Positions 61,401 to 64,000 of a stretch of DNA of 64,000 nucleotides are shown piece by piece. Positions within the stretch are counted from its first letter, which is position 1. The number at the start of each line of letters is the position of its first letter. Both the position numbers and the translations under genes were made by a program. The stretch comes from Macrostomum hystrix (lineage: Eukaryota; Animalia; Platyhelminthes): contig CATNEN010000029.1 of NCBI GenBank assembly GCA_950097015.1, positions 5,146,001-5,210,000 of the forward strand, given 5' to 3'. The notes under the pieces were generated by a model. The model was not told where the DNA came from and did no database searches. It saw only the letters and a program-made list of their open reading frames with translations.

Positions 61401-64000
61401 TGCAGTCTATTTACAGTTGCAGTCTATTTACAGTTGCCGTCTATTTAAAATTGCAGTCTATTTAAAGTTGCAGTCTATTTAAAGTTGCAGTCTATTTAAA
61501 GTTGCAGTCTATTTAAAGTTGCAGTCTATTTAAAGTTGCAGTCTATTTAAAGCTGCAGTCAATTTAAAGTTGCAGTCTATTTACAGTTGCAGTCTATTTA
61601 AAGTTGCCGTCTATTTAAAGTTGCAGTCTATTTAAAGTTGCAGTCTATTTACAGTTGCCGTCTATTTAAAGTTGCAGTCTATTTACAGTTGCAGTCTATT
61701 TACAGTTGCCGTCTATTTAAAGTTGCAGTCTATTTACAGTTGCAGTCTATTTAAAGTTGCAGTCTATTTACAGTTGCAGTCTATTTAAAGTTGCAGTCTA
61801 TTTACAGTTGCAGTCTATTTACAGTTGCAGTCTATTTAAAGTTGCAGTCTATTTACAGTTGCAGTCTATTTAAAGTTGCAGTCTATTTACAGTTGCAGTC
61901 TATTTAAAGTTGCAGTCTATTTAAAGTTGCAGTCTATTTACAGTTGCAGTCTATTTACAGTTGCCGTCTATTTAAAGTTGCAGTCTATTTACAGTTGCAG
62001 TCTATTTACAGTTGCAGTCTATTTACAGTTGCAGTCTATTTAAAGTTGCAGTCTATTTACAGTTGCAGTCTATTTACAGTTGCCGTCTATTTAAAGTTGC
62101 AGTCTATTTACAGTTGCAGTCTATTTACAGTTGCAGTCTATTTAAAGTTGCAGTCTATTTAAAGTTGCAGTCTATTTACAGTTGCCGTCTATTTAAAGTT
62201 GCAGTCTATTTACAGTTGCAGTCTATTTAAAGTTGCAGTCTATTTAAAGTTGCAGTCTATTTAAAGTTGCAGTCTATTTACAGTTGCAGTCTATTTACAG
62301 TTGCCGTCTATTTAAAGTTGCAGTCTATTTACAGTTGCAGTCTATTTAAAGTTGCAGTCTATTTACAGTTGCAGTCTATTTACAGTTGCAGTCTATTTAA
62401 AGTTGCAGTCTATTTAAAGTTGCAGTCTATTTACAGTTGCAGTCTATTTAAAGTTGCAGTCTATTTACAGTTGCAGTCTATTTAAAGTTGCAGTCTATTT
62501 ACAGTTGCAGTCTATTTACAGTTGCAGTCTATTTACAGTTGCAGTCTATTTAAAGTTGCAGTCTATTTACAGTTGCCGTCTATTTAAAGTTGCAGTCTAT
62601 TTACAGTTGCAGTCTATTTACAGTTGCCGTCTATTTAAAGTTGCAGTCTATTTAAAGTTGCAGTCTATTTACAGTTGCAGTCTATTTACAGTTGCAGTCT
62701 ATTTAAAGTTGCAGTCTATTTACAGTTGCCGTCTATTTAAAGTTGCAGTCTATTTAAAGTTGCAGTCTATTTAAAGTTGCAGTCTATTTACAGTTGCAGT
62801 CTATTTACAGTTGCAGTCTATTTACAGTTGCAGTCTATTTAAAGTTGCAGTCTATTTACAGTTGCAGTCTATTTAAAGTTGCAGTCTATTTACAGTTGCA
62901 GTCTATTTACAGTTGCAGTCTATTTAAAGTTGCAGTCTATTTACAGTTGCAGTCTATTTAAAGTTGCAGTCTATTTAAAGTTGCAGTCTATTTACAGTTG
63001 CAGTCTATTTACAGTTGCCGTCTATTTAAAGTTGCAGTCTACTTACAGTTGCCGTCTATTTAAAGTTGCAGTCTATTTAAAGTTGCAGTCTATTTACAGT
63101 TGCAGTCTATTTAAAGTTGCAGTCTATTTAAAGTTGCAGTCTATTTACAGTTGCCGTCTATTTAAAGTTGCAGTCTATTTACAGTTGCAGTCTATTTAAA
63201 GTTGCAGTCTATTTAAAGTTGCAGTCTATTTACAGTTGCAGTCTATTTACAGTTGCAGTCTATTTACAGTTGCAGTCTTTTTAAAGTTGCAGTCTATTTA
63301 CAGTTGCCGTCTATTTAAAGTTGCAGTCTATTTACAGTTGCAGTCTATTTACAGTTGCCGTCTATTTAAAGTTGCAGTCTATTTAAAGTTGCAGTCTATT
63401 TACAGTTGCAGTCTATTTACAGTTGCAGTCTATTTAAAGTTGCAGTCTATTTAAAGTTGCAGTCTATTTACAGTTGCAGTCTATTTAAAGTTGCAGTCTA
63501 TTTACAGTTGCCGTCTATTTAAAGTTGCAGTCTATTTAAAATTGCAGTCTATTTACAGTTGCAGTCTATTTACAGTTGCAGTCTATTTACAGTTGCAGTC
63601 TATTTAAAGTTGCAGTCTATTTACAGTTGCCGTCTATTTAAAGTTGCCGTCTATTTACAGTTGCAGTCTATTTACAGTTGCAGTCTATTTACAGTTGCAG
63701 TCTATTTACAGTTGCAGTCTATTTAAAGTTGCAGTCTATTTACAGTTGCAGTCTATTTACAGTTGCAGTCTATTTACAGTTGCAGTCTATTTACAGTTGC
63801 AGTCTATTTACAGTTGCAGTCTATTTAAAGTTGCAGTCTATTTACAGTTGCAGTCTATTTACAGTTGCAGTCTATTTACAGTTGCCGTCTATTTAAAGTT
63901 GCAGTCTATTTAAGGTTGCAGTCTATTTACAGTTGCAGTCTATTTACAGTTGCAGTCTATTTAAAGTTGCAGTCTATTTACAGTTGCAGTCTATTTAAAG
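55398..64000. repeat. 17-bp satellite, ~500 copies, continuing beyond the window, with kb-scale higher-order repeats
   Basis: Unit (c/a)agttgc(a/c)gtctattta; rare variant gctgcagtcaattta at ~55687, 58866 and 61552. Confidence 0.99.

Noticed and set aside
56079-63913. Dozens of MQSIYSC ORFs
   Set aside because: 17-bp satellite read with TTG starts.

Overview
Eukaryotic (metazoan) genomic DNA with GT-AG introns, GC-rich exons containing poly-Gly/poly-Ala runs, and about 30 distinct micro/minisatellite arrays. By my rough sum of array spans these cover just over half of the window. This style suggests a free-living flatworm such as Macrostomum, which is inference only. Genes read by hand: (1) a 4-exon KEAP1 orthologue on the minus strand (351-3854, ~612 aa); (2) a divergent 2-exon eIF5A paralogue on the minus strand (5904-6550, 185 aa) that keeps the hypusine Lys; (3) a 9-10 exon Delta-type Notch ligand on the plus strand (14613-33548, or extending to 34375): signal peptide, MNNL/C2, DSL, 7 EGF repeats, TM, ICD; (4) two tandem-duplicated, intronless genes for small secreted prepropeptides on the minus strand (51444-51746 and 54395-54706), each with a signal peptide, an RKRR site and a 28/31-aa two-Cys cationic mature peptide. 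I recognise no family for these peptides. A degenerate mariner element sits in the TA of the TATA box of the second peptide gene. Its transposase remnant runs directly into a >8.6-kb 17-bp satellite with multi-kb higher-order repeats. Almost all long ORFs in the supplied track are artefacts of tandem repeats. Exon boundaries and counts were read by eye; no database search was possible.
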